This document shows, in pieces, positions 18,600-27,089 of a stretch of 64,000 nt of DNA. The notes beneath the pieces were generated by a model. That model was not told the DNA's origin, searched no databases, and worked only from the letters and a program-made list of their open reading frames with translations. Position numbers and translations under genes: made by a program. The stretch spans positions 64,001 to 128,000 of IMG/VR virus record IMGVR_UViG_2744054576_000007; one strand, given 5' to 3'. Origin of the DNA: a virus (taxonomy: Duplodnaviria; Heunggongvirae; Uroviricota; Caudoviricetes). The first letter of the stretch is position 1. Every line of letters begins with the position of its first letter.

Positions 18600-18656
18600 A
18601 TTATGCAGCTCCTTTCTCTTGTTTCTATTATACTATTCTCTTTTCAATAAGTAAAT

Positions 18657-18706
18657 ATAATTAAATGATATGTATTGTTGACGGTAATGATGGAAGATGA
18701 TATATT
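18657..18706 (+). promoter_or_regulatory. sigma-A promoter of the RNA polymerase operon
   Basis: TTGACG-17-TATATT (18678-18706) with upstream ATAATTAAAT. Confidence 0.6.
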
Positions 18707-18771
18707 GTTAATGCAGAGACCAACTATCTCTGGAAAAACAAAATAAATAAACAAGGGGAAATAAGTACATA

Positions 18772-19023
18772 ATGTCAAAAATGAATAAAGGGAATCATTC
18801 AATTATCACTTGGGAGGATAGATATTATGATGGTTTTGAACTAGATTGCTTTGATCATAGAGATGTATCAGATTGGATGTTGAAAGGCGCAGAAGATTGT
18901 TATGAATACATAGAGAAGCACGATGATGAGCTTATTTGGTTAAAGAATGAAGCTCAGAAAAAATATTATAGAGAACCAAACAAGGCAACTCTTATTGCAG
19001 AGGAGAATAAGTTATCAATTTGA
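18772..19023 (+). CDS. Hypothetical protein (position of SPbeta yonP)
   Basis: SD AAGGGG; overlaps the start of the RNA polymerase gene. Confidence 0.6.
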   Translation: MSKMNKGNHSIITWEDRYYDGFELDCFDHRDVSDWMLKGAEDCYEYIEKHDDELIWLKNEAQKKYYREPNKATLIAEENKLSI

Positions 19024-21611
19024 ATAAACAAGTACATGTATTTAGTGTCGATACTAGCGCTTTCTATAATGAAGAAGAAATGAAAATACATAGAAGACAA
19101 AAAAGAAACTATAGATTCAGAGCTACCCTAAAAGAAATTAAAAGCAAATATTCAAATCATCCATTGTTATTAAACAAGGCTGACCTATACTTAAAGTACA
19201 CCAATAAACGGATAAAGAAATCTAAAGACAAACTATATGCCCTATTCAGATCAAATAAAACTATTAGATCCCTTCGCCCAAGCGAAGTCGATAACAAAAA
19301 TCTGAAGAATATTGTTTCTGTATTTGATTCAACACTAACAAGAGTCCTTCAAGTCGAAGAAGGCAGTCTCTTTAGAGATATAATCATAGTACAAACATAC
19401 TTTTTCGATGTTCTAAAAGATATCATTGTTAATGGGTTTCTTTACAACAGTGAGAAGTATGTTTGCTTTACTGCAAGTGCTGGGCAAATTAGAACAAAGA
19501 AAACTGTCTTCATTAAAGAATCAGTATTCCATGTTCACCAGCGAACACTAATGTGTGGATTAACCATAGAAAAGATCAATGAGCTTGGTGGCGTAAACAT
19601 TAATAAGTATCTGGCATACTTAGCTCTTTGTAACAGCGCAACAGAACAATGGCACGATTTTGATATTAAAAAATCTATTGTCGTTGATGATATGACCACA
19701 ACTCTAAAAACTAACGTTGACTTTATTTCTGATAAAACTTATGAAATTGAACGTAAAGCAATGGATGTACCCATTGAACACACAGATGGTTGTGGAATGA
19801 TTTTACCTCGTAAAAGTAAAAAGGCAATGATGATTCGCCTTCCTTGGGTCAAAGGGCTTCTAGTCCCCTTCCCTTTTGATAAATTTTTAAGAGAAAAAAA
19901 CAAACAAGTGGGCTACAGTAAATATGGAGTCGTCAAAGACATCTATGGTAAAGAGCATGATATATTAAAAGAAGAAATAGAAATCATTTTTACGAAGAGT
20001 CAGTTTAAAATGTGGAAATACTATAGCTCTTGGTCAGAATACATAAATAAATATTTAAAGTATAATTGTCAGGCAGGAAAGTGCAATGAAGAAGAAGATG
20101 TAATTGGAAACGCCAAATTAAATTATCAAATGTTGCAAACTTTAACCGACATAACAAACGAGGAACTAAAAACAATCAGCTCTGAAACCGTACAAGACAT
20201 TCGCAGAATTGGATCAGACAAAGACACAATGTTAAAAATTTTAGGTGTCACCAGATACAATAAAAACAAAAACCACTTCCAGAAAGCCTTGGAGGTTTAT
20301 CCAGAACTTCTTAACGATACTTATAGCAAAGAAACAATTAAGCAAGTGAAAAAAAGCTTAATTAAACATGCCAAGGCTGGAAAAATTGATGTGGAGGGAA
20401 AGTATACATTTATAAGCCCTGATCTCTACGCATTTTGTGAGTATCTTTTCTTGGGAATCAATCAACCTCAAGGTTTATTAAATAATACAGAAGTGTTTTG
20501 TGATTTATTTGATAATGCTGTTGAACTAGATTGTCTTAGAAGTCCTCACCTGTATAGGGAACACGCTGTTAGAAAGAACTCCAAGAATAAAGAGATGAAG
20601 CGATGGTTTGTAACTAAGAGTTTATATACAAGCATTCATGATCCTATCAGTAAAATACTTATGTTTGACAACGATGGGGACAAAGCCCTAGTCTGTTGCG
20701 ACAAAACACTAGTCGATGTTGCAAAGAGGAACATGCAAGGTGTATACCCTCTTTATTACGAGATGGCTAAAGCAGGAGCGGAACTTGTTAATAGCAGGAG
20801 TATATTCAATGGACTGAACGCTGCATATACGGGGGGTAACATCGGAATCATTAGCAATGATATAACGAAGATTTGGAATAGTGATAATATCGATCTAAAT
20901 GTTATCAAGATTTTATGTATGGAAAACAACTTTACAATCGACTATGCAAAAACACTGTACAAACCAGAACGTCCAGAACATATAAAGAAAAACATACTAA
21001 AGCATACTAAATCAAAAGCTCCTTATTTTTTTATGTATGCAAAAGACAAAGATGAGAAAAAAGTTGAGGTTTCAAATAAAAGTGCAATGAATCGTCTGTC
21101 CACCATTATACCAAATCCTAGAATTAGTTTTAGAATTGGATCTGGTAAATTCAATTATACCCTTTTACTGAGTGATCCAAACAAACCTGTACCACTCGAT
21201 GAGAACTTAATTGAAGCTTACAAAAGATTAGACAAGAATAAGAAATTTATGTTTTCTAATGATGGAAACACCAAGTCAAATGACGAATTGTATCATTATG
21301 CATCCATAAGAGAAAGTATATTTTCAAGTAGTAAAAAAAGTAGAAACGAAATTGTTGATGTTTTAATTGAGTACTTGTATAACAACAAAAAAAGCAATTT
21401 TAAGACAACTTTGTGGTCATCATTCGGCGACATTATTCTGGATAATTTATTAAGGAATCTCAATAAGTTGGGTACATGCAAAAGATGTAAAGCTAAATAT
21501 ACTATAACTAGACAGCGTCAGATTTATTGTGAGGACTGTTTCAAAATAGTGCGAAAAGAAAAGGAGCGTGAAAAAAAGAGAAAACAAAGAAGTATAAAAT
21601 TGTCCCGTTGA
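19020..21611 (+). CDS. yonO: Single-subunit DNA-dependent RNA polymerase, YonO family
   Basis: Catalytic MFDNDGD, HTDGCG, RSPHLYREH, ASAGQIR motifs; C-terminal Zn finger CKRC..CEDC; 863 aa; followed by HU as in SPbeta. Confidence 0.9.
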   Translation: MNKQVHVFSVDTSAFYNEEEMKIHRRQKRNYRFRATLKEIKSKYSNHPLLLNKADLYLKYTNKRIKKSKDKLYALFRSNKTIRSLRPSEVDNKNLKNIVSVFDSTLTRVLQVEEGSLFRDIIIVQTYFFDVLKDIIVNGFLYNSEKYVCFTASAGQIRTKKTVFIKESVFHVHQRTLMCGLTIEKINELGGVNINKYLAYLALCNSATEQWHDFDIKKSIVVDDMTTTLKTNVDFISDKTYEIERKAMDVPIEHTDGCGMILPRKSKKAMMIRLPWVKGLLVPFPFDKFLREKNKQVGYSKYGVVKDIYGKEHDILKEEIEIIFTKSQFKMWKYYSSWSEYINKYLKYNCQAGKCNEEEDVIGNAKLNYQMLQTLTDITNEELKTISSETVQDIRRIGSDKDTMLKILGVTRYNKNKNHFQKALEVYPELLNDTYSKETIKQVKKSLIKHAKAGKIDVEGKYTFISPDLYAFCEYLFLGINQPQGLLNNTEVFCDLFDNAVELDCLRSPHLYREHAVRKNSKNKEMKRWFVTKSLYTSIHDPISKILMFDNDGDKALVCCDKTLVDVAKRNMQGVYPLYYEMAKAGAELVNSRSIFNGLNAAYTGGNIGIISNDITKIWNSDNIDLNVIKILCMENNFTIDYAKTLYKPERPEHIKKNILKHTKSKAPYFFMYAKDKDEKKVEVSNKSAMNRLSTIIPNPRISFRIGSGKFNYTLLLSDPNKPVPLDENLIEAYKRLDKNKKFMFSNDGNTKSNDELYHYASIRESIFSSSKKSRNEIVDVLIEYLYNNKKSNFKTTLWSSFGDIILDNLLRNLNKLGTCKRCKAKYTITRQRQIYCEDCFKIVRKEKEREKKRKQRSIKLSR

Positions 21612-21788
21612 GACCTCAAAACAACAATATACATAAAACCTAATGTTTAAAAGGTTTTTTTAGACATTTACTCGATTTGCTTAATAGTCTTTAAGGGGGA
21701 CAAGTTTTGACTGATATACAAAGCGAAGAGATCTTTACATTCCCCCACAAATAACAAACGATAAAATATTAAGGGAGATAATTATAAC

Positions 21789-22112
21789 ATGAATAAAACA
21801 GAATTGATTAAGGCGATTACAGAAACTACAGGCTACACAAAAAAAGATGTTGAGGCAGTAGTTGAATCTACATTTGCTACTATTACTGGTGCATTGGCTA
21901 GAGGCGAAGAAGTTAAGATTGCTGGCTTCGGTACATTTGAGATTCGTGAGACTGCTGCACGGAATGGTGTTAACCCCAAACTGCTCGCAGAACTAAAAGC
22001 ACAAGGCGTAGATGCTGAAACAGCAAAAGCTCAAGCCACTATTGCAATTGCCGCATCCAAAAAGCCAGCATTCAAAGCAGCTAAAGCATTTAAAGAACAA
22101 GTAAAACAGTAA
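21789..22112 (+). CDS. HU family DNA-binding protein with insertion in the arm
   Basis: MNKTELI..GFGTFEIRE..RNGVNP..IAIAASKKPAFK. Confidence 0.92.
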   Translation: MNKTELIKAITETTGYTKKDVEAVVESTFATITGALARGEEVKIAGFGTFEIRETAARNGVNPKLLAELKAQGVDAETAKAQATIAIAASKKPAFKAAKAFKEQVKQ

Positions 22113-22139
22113 TTTTATAAAGTTTACATACATATATAG

Positions 22140-22466
22140 AGCCATTTGGTTCGCGCCATAGGGCAACGTGGCGCTCCCTTCCGGCGGGATCACAATTCCG
22201 TGTTTACATTAGGCTTTGAGTTGTCCATTAATCACTATAAGGTTATAGTCTTAGATTGGTGTTTCACCACAATATAAGAGTGAGTGGTAAAGTTGGCGCA
22301 AGCCAGATATGAGTCAAGGCTCCCCACGCGCTTGCTTAACTGCAAGTTACCAGAGATCAGGATACGCCGACCTGAATTGATTTATTATTTCACCAGAAAC
22401 ACAGCTGTCGATTACAGGCAGCCAGAGAAGAAGTTTGAGGAGATTGATCACCTCCTCTTCTCTTTT
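22140..22466 (+). ncRNA. Candidate structured non-coding RNA
   Basis: GC-richer intergenic stretch with at least 7 hairpins (GCGCCA/TGGCGC, TGGC-GCAA-GCCA, CTTGC/GCAAG, TCAGG/CCTGA, GCTGTC/GGCAGC) ending in a terminator-like stem. Confidence 0.35.
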
Positions 22467-22543
22467 ATGAATAATGATATTCTCTGCAAGAGAGAAAAGT
22501 AATTGCTACGTAAATTAAAATTACCAAGGGAGCAACTATACAT

Positions 22544-22738
22544 ATGGCAAAAAATAAAGATAGCAAAACAGTTAACCGTACTGGCTTGTTTAACATGGAT
22601 GACATGACTATTACACATGAAGATAAAAATGGAGTTCAAGTTTTTGGTGTTAAATCACTGCTACAGGAATTTGATGGAACCACACTCTCTCTGACGCTTG
22701 CTTCCGACTTTGAACCAAGCCATGTAATTGAAGAATAA
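22544..22738 (+). CDS. yonK: YonK family protein
   Basis: VNRTGLFNMDDMTITHEDKNG..LLQEFDGTTLSLTL; syntenic position. Confidence 0.7.
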   Translation: MAKNKDSKTVNRTGLFNMDDMTITHEDKNGVQVFGVKSLLQEFDGTTLSLTLASDFEPSHVIEE

Positions 22739-22746
22739 GGAGTGTA

Positions 22747-23937
22747 TTGATGACTCCTCTCAAATCACTAGATAACGAGACATACGAAGAATACCTTATA
22801 CGAATTGGCTCCTGTAAGGACGAGTTGAGCTTGTCTTGGGGTAAAATCGCGACTCTTATGAATGAATATCTCAATGAGGATTTCACAGAGTCTAAATATC
22901 GCAAAGAGTTCCACTTACTTACTCGTGGCATCTCAATTGGCGTGAAAAAGTCGTCAACTGATGAGTATAGACGCGAAATAGAAGACAAAACAATTGAATT
23001 ACAAAAGCAAAAATATCAATTTCAAGACCAAAAACGCGAATTCAACAATAAAATCAAAATGATTGCTAAGTTTGAACACTTAAAAGATGAAATTTCATCT
23101 GGCATTAAGCGACTTGAACAAGTTAAGCCTCTCCCCTACTCTCCTGTCAAGGAAAGCCCCTCTTATATTCGCGCAAACGTACTTTTTTCAGACTTTCACT
23201 ATGGACAAGAATCGGATAACTCTTTAAACAAATACAATCCACGTGTGTTTGATAAAAGATTTAATCATCTTGTATCCAAAACGATTTATTATTGTCAGAA
23301 ACACAATGTTGACGAATTAACAATAGCTTCTATTGGAGATCAAATTGCAGGGTTTATACATCTTACTTCAAGAATTGAACAGAGTGAAGATGTCATCTCT
23401 CAAACTCAATACATATCAGAGCGATTGTCTGAAGCCGTTGCAGAGATTGCTAAGTTTGTACCAAAAGTAAGAGTCATAAACCTAATTGGCAATCATAGTC
23501 GGACTTTTCAAAGTAAAAATGAAGCTATATTAAAAGAAAACTTTGAAAACATCATTCCTTGGTATATGGAAACTCGCCTTAGAGAATTAGAGAATATTGA
23601 ACTATTAAAAGGTGAAGATGGTTATTTTATCGATGAATCATTTGAAAAGCCTCACATATATGTGCATGGCGATTTAGACCATGTAACGACCTCAGCCCGA
23701 CAATTACCTCAATTCCTTGGCGTAATACCTCAATACATCTTCCAAGGCCATATTCATCATGATACTGTTAAAGATTTCGGTAGAACAACGGTAGTTTCTA
23801 ATGGCAGTCTTTGCGGCGTAGATTCTTATGCCGTCAGTAAACGTATGTATTCGGATGCAATGCAAAAGATGCATATTTTTGATGTGGACGGACGAATTGA
23901 ATACAAAATAGATATCAATTTACAAGAAGTAAAATAA
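22747..23937 (+). CDS. Calcineurin-like metallophosphoesterase (YonJ-like) with N-terminal coiled coil
   Basis: SDFHYG, GDQIAG, GNHSR, HGD, GHIHH motifs. Confidence 0.85.
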   Translation: MMTPLKSLDNETYEEYLIRIGSCKDELSLSWGKIATLMNEYLNEDFTESKYRKEFHLLTRGISIGVKKSSTDEYRREIEDKTIELQKQKYQFQDQKREFNNKIKMIAKFEHLKDEISSGIKRLEQVKPLPYSPVKESPSYIRANVLFSDFHYGQESDNSLNKYNPRVFDKRFNHLVSKTIYYCQKHNVDELTIASIGDQIAGFIHLTSRIEQSEDVISQTQYISERLSEAVAEIAKFVPKVRVINLIGNHSRTFQSKNEAILKENFENIIPWYMETRLRELENIELLKGEDGYFIDESFEKPHIYVHGDLDHVTTSARQLPQFLGVIPQYIFQGHIHHDTVKDFGRTTVVSNGSLCGVDSYAVSKRMYSDAMQKMHIFDVDGRIEYKIDINLQEVK

Positions 23938-23952
23938 AACTTATACATATTA

Positions 23953-24222
23953 TTGGAGGAAATAATGTACGCATATTTAGATAAATATCAAATTTTGCAT
24001 GTAGTTAATGAGAAAGAGCTAGCTGAACAATACGCACTAAACAAGAAAATTGTTGAAGTAGATATCGAAGAAGAACACGGATACCCAGTGATTAATAAAC
24101 AAGCGGTTGTTTATTATGCTGAAGATGGAGCAGCATTTATTTATGGCAACCGAACTGATAAAAGAGCAAAACAAATTGTTACTCCTGATGAAATCACAAA
24201 GATTGTGAATAAATTGAAATAA
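23953..24222 (+). CDS. Hypothetical protein
   Basis: ORF in late operon; terminator-like hairpin at 24252-24275. Confidence 0.6.
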   Translation: MEEIMYAYLDKYQILHVVNEKELAEQYALNKKIVEVDIEEEHGYPVINKQAVVYYAEDGAAFIYGNRTDKRAKQIVTPDEITKIVNKLK

Positions 24223-24394
24223 CCAAGAACCTGAGGAATACATAAATCAAATGCCTGAGTACTATCAGGCTTTTTATTATTTGTTTCTCATGGGGAGACT
24301 TCCGTCTTTAAACAGGCCGCTCCCTCCTACCCCATGCTTTTTCATAATCAAATGGGAATTTTATTATGTTCTTCTATGTAAAGAAGGTGAAGTA

Positions 24395-25315
24395 TTGGCA
24401 GACACTAAGAAGCTATGCATTTCTTGCAACAAGAGCTTGGCTCTTTCATATTTTTATAAGTCCTATAATAAATTCGATAGCGATGGTCGGTTGAGTGTAT
24501 GTAAAAACTGTTTAAAAAATTCTATTAATTATGAAGATCTAGACACCACAAAAGACATACTAATGCAAATAAACAGACCATTCATACATAGCTTATGGAT
24601 CTCTTCTGAGGAAGAAGCTAAAGTAAAAAACCATGATCATTTTGGTATTTACATGAAAACCCTTGGATTGCCTAAGTATAGAGAGTTAACTTGGAAAGAT
24701 AGTGATGAACAAGACATCCCAAAAATACAAGAAAAAAAAGATGAAACTAATTATGAACAGATTAATAAAGAACATTACAATCTAGATCAACTAAAAGATA
24801 AGTATGGTTATGGCTATCCAGATGAAGAGTATACATTATTTGAAAATAAGTATCAGCAGTTAAAGACTAGTTTTCAACTCTTGACTACGATGCATGAGGA
24901 ATATTTTAGAGAATTTTGTGTTAACAAAGTAAAAGAAACTCTTGCTAAAGCAAAAGGCAATTTCAAAGAAGCTAAAGAATGGGCTGCAATGGTAAAGGAT
25001 GTCGCTGAAGCAGGAAAGCTTAAGCCATCACAAATGAGTAAAGCAGACTTATCTGGAGGCTTAGATACTTTTGGACAGTTAGCACGAATGGTTGAAGAAA
25101 ATTATGAAATAATGCCTCTCCTTCCGCAATTTATTGAGCAGCCTAAGGACAAAGTAGATGTTACGTTATGGTGCTTTATTAATTATGTTCGGGATCTACG
25201 AGGTCTCCCTTCCTGTGAATACAAAGAAATTTATGATTTTTATAGTAAGAAAGCGGAAGATTACGAAAGTCAAATGAGTGACAATACCCTAGAAAAAGAT
25301 GATGTGAATGGCTAG
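24395..25315 (+). CDS. Putative terminase small subunit (N-terminal zinc finger)
   Basis: TTG start after SD AAGAAGGTG; CISC..CKNC; overlaps the terminase large subunit start. Confidence 0.6.
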   Translation: MADTKKLCISCNKSLALSYFYKSYNKFDSDGRLSVCKNCLKNSINYEDLDTTKDILMQINRPFIHSLWISSEEEAKVKNHDHFGIYMKTLGLPKYRELTWKDSDEQDIPKIQEKKDETNYEQINKEHYNLDQLKDKYGYGYPDEEYTLFENKYQQLKTSFQLLTTMHEEYFREFCVNKVKETLAKAKGNFKEAKEWAAMVKDVAEAGKLKPSQMSKADLSGGLDTFGQLARMVEENYEIMPLLPQFIEQPKDKVDVTLWCFINYVRDLRGLPSCEYKEIYDFYSKKAEDYESQMSDNTLEKDDVNG

Positions 25316-27065
25316 CCATAAGAATTTTCAAAGCGATAATTTCAAGCATACTAGAATGAGTTCTAGAACAAATAACAATCCCGATTTTAATAGCAGTGTA
25401 AAACTAGACGAAAAAAAAGAAAGTAGCTTCGATAAGAATCTAGAAAAATGGATTACTTTTATCCAATGGAGTAAGTGGTTCCCCGATCTTTTTTATGACT
25501 TAATATCACCGGAAAAAGGTGGTATGAGATTAGATCTTGACCAAAGAGTTTTTTTACGTTCAATGAGTAGGTTTCTTAGCACCTATGGTGTTTTTCCCCG
25601 TGGATTTGGTAAAACAATGCTTGAGCTGATGAGTATTTACCACACCTGCATTCACTTCCCAGACATCACAATCGCTATGAGTGCTCAAACAAGAGAAAAT
25701 GCCTCTTCAATAAGCGAAGAGAAACATAATGAAATAATTAAATGGTTCCCACTTATGAATAATGAAATTGTAAAGTCTAGTTTCTCAAAAGACCAAGTAG
25801 AAGTAGTCTTTTCGTCTGGTGCAATTTATAGTGTCCTTGCGAATTCGCAACACTCGAAAGGTCAGCGCAGAAGAAGACTGAATGTTGAGGAATCAGCACT
25901 ATTGAACAATGCTTTGTTTAAAGACGCTTTGGAACCTGTAGTAAATGTACCGAGAAGAACCATTGGTAAACAATCTACAATTAATCCCTATGAACTAAAT
26001 GGTATGATCAATTATTTAACTACTAGCGGCTACCGCGGTAGTGATGAATTCATTCGACTAAACAACATGATCGATGAAATGGCTAATCTTAAAGGTAAAA
26101 TAGTACTGGGTGCAAGTTGGGAATTACCTTGTCATTACGGCAGGGGTGAGACGCGCGCGCAGATATTAGCTAAAAAGGATGACCCCACTACTAGCGCAAT
26201 ATCATTTGCTCAAAACTACGAGTCTAGATGGTGCGGAGTAAGTGATGGAGCTATTGTGAATATTAACAAACTTATGGAGCTACGCACAATTAAACAAGCG
26301 ACTATCAATCCAAAGAGAAATAGGGAATACTTTATCGGAGCTGATATTGCACGTTCACAGTCAAACAACAACAATAAATCTGCATTCGTAGTGATGGAAG
26401 TTGAAAGAAATTTAAATGGCACCATTAAAACTGCAACAGTATGTAATATTTTCGTTCCACCAAACGGAACTAATTTCAACGAACAAGCCATGTTTATTAA
26501 AAGATTAGATAAGCATTATGGAGGCAATGTTACTGTAGTCGATGCCAACGGTATAGGTCAAGGTGTCGTCGAAGAGTTAATGAAGGAAACCCTAGACCCT
26601 CTTATGAATGACCCTTACGATAGCTGGGATACCATCAATACCGATGAATCACCTCAAAATAGTATAGCACCTCAAAAAATATATAGTTTAAAAGCACAAG
26701 GAATCCAAACAGATATCATTACTAATTTTATTGATTTTGTTGAAAGCGGTAGATTAAAGCTGTTAATTCCAGAGAAAATGCTTGAATTAACCAATAAACC
26801 AAAAAACTCAAAAGATAAAGATTTAGAAATCAATCAGATTAAAGCAGCTCATTTTCAAAGTGATCAACTTATTGATCAAGTAGCAAATCTGAAATTGGTT
26901 CAAAAACAAGGTGGAAAATTAGGTGTAGAACAAGTTGTAAAGAAAACAGAGAAAGATATTTGGGCTGCTCTAGCTTATGTCCTATATTATTTGAAGAATT
27001 TTGAAGATTTCAAACGCGAAGAAGATAGCTTTAATGTATTAGATTACCTATACATATCGCAATAA
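25308..27065 (+). CDS. Terminase large subunit
   Basis: Walker A PRGFGKT, Walker B LNVEES, YLTTSG coupling motif, nuclease GADIAR / VVDANG. Confidence 0.92.
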   Translation: MASHKNFQSDNFKHTRMSSRTNNNPDFNSSVKLDEKKESSFDKNLEKWITFIQWSKWFPDLFYDLISPEKGGMRLDLDQRVFLRSMSRFLSTYGVFPRGFGKTMLELMSIYHTCIHFPDITIAMSAQTRENASSISEEKHNEIIKWFPLMNNEIVKSSFSKDQVEVVFSSGAIYSVLANSQHSKGQRRRRLNVEESALLNNALFKDALEPVVNVPRRTIGKQSTINPYELNGMINYLTTSGYRGSDEFIRLNNMIDEMANLKGKIVLGASWELPCHYGRGETRAQILAKKDDPTTSAISFAQNYESRWCGVSDGAIVNINKLMELRTIKQATINPKRNREYFIGADIARSQSNNNNKSAFVVMEVERNLNGTIKTATVCNIFVPPNGTNFNEQAMFIKRLDKHYGGNVTVVDANGIGQGVVEELMKETLDPLMNDPYDSWDTINTDESPQNSIAPQKIYSLKAQGIQTDIITNFIDFVESGRLKLLIPEKMLELTNKPKNSKDKDLEINQIKAAHFQSDQLIDQVANLKLVQKQGGKLGVEQVVKKTEKDIWAALAYVLYYLKNFEDFKREEDSFNVLDYLYISQ

Positions 27066-27089
27066 ATCTATACAGAAAGGATGTGAACG

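Noticed and set aside
22140-22330. tRNA gene (GGTTCG and GAGTGGTAAAG resemble T- and D-loop motifs)
   Set aside because: No cloverleaf with acceptor stem and anticodon arm could be built
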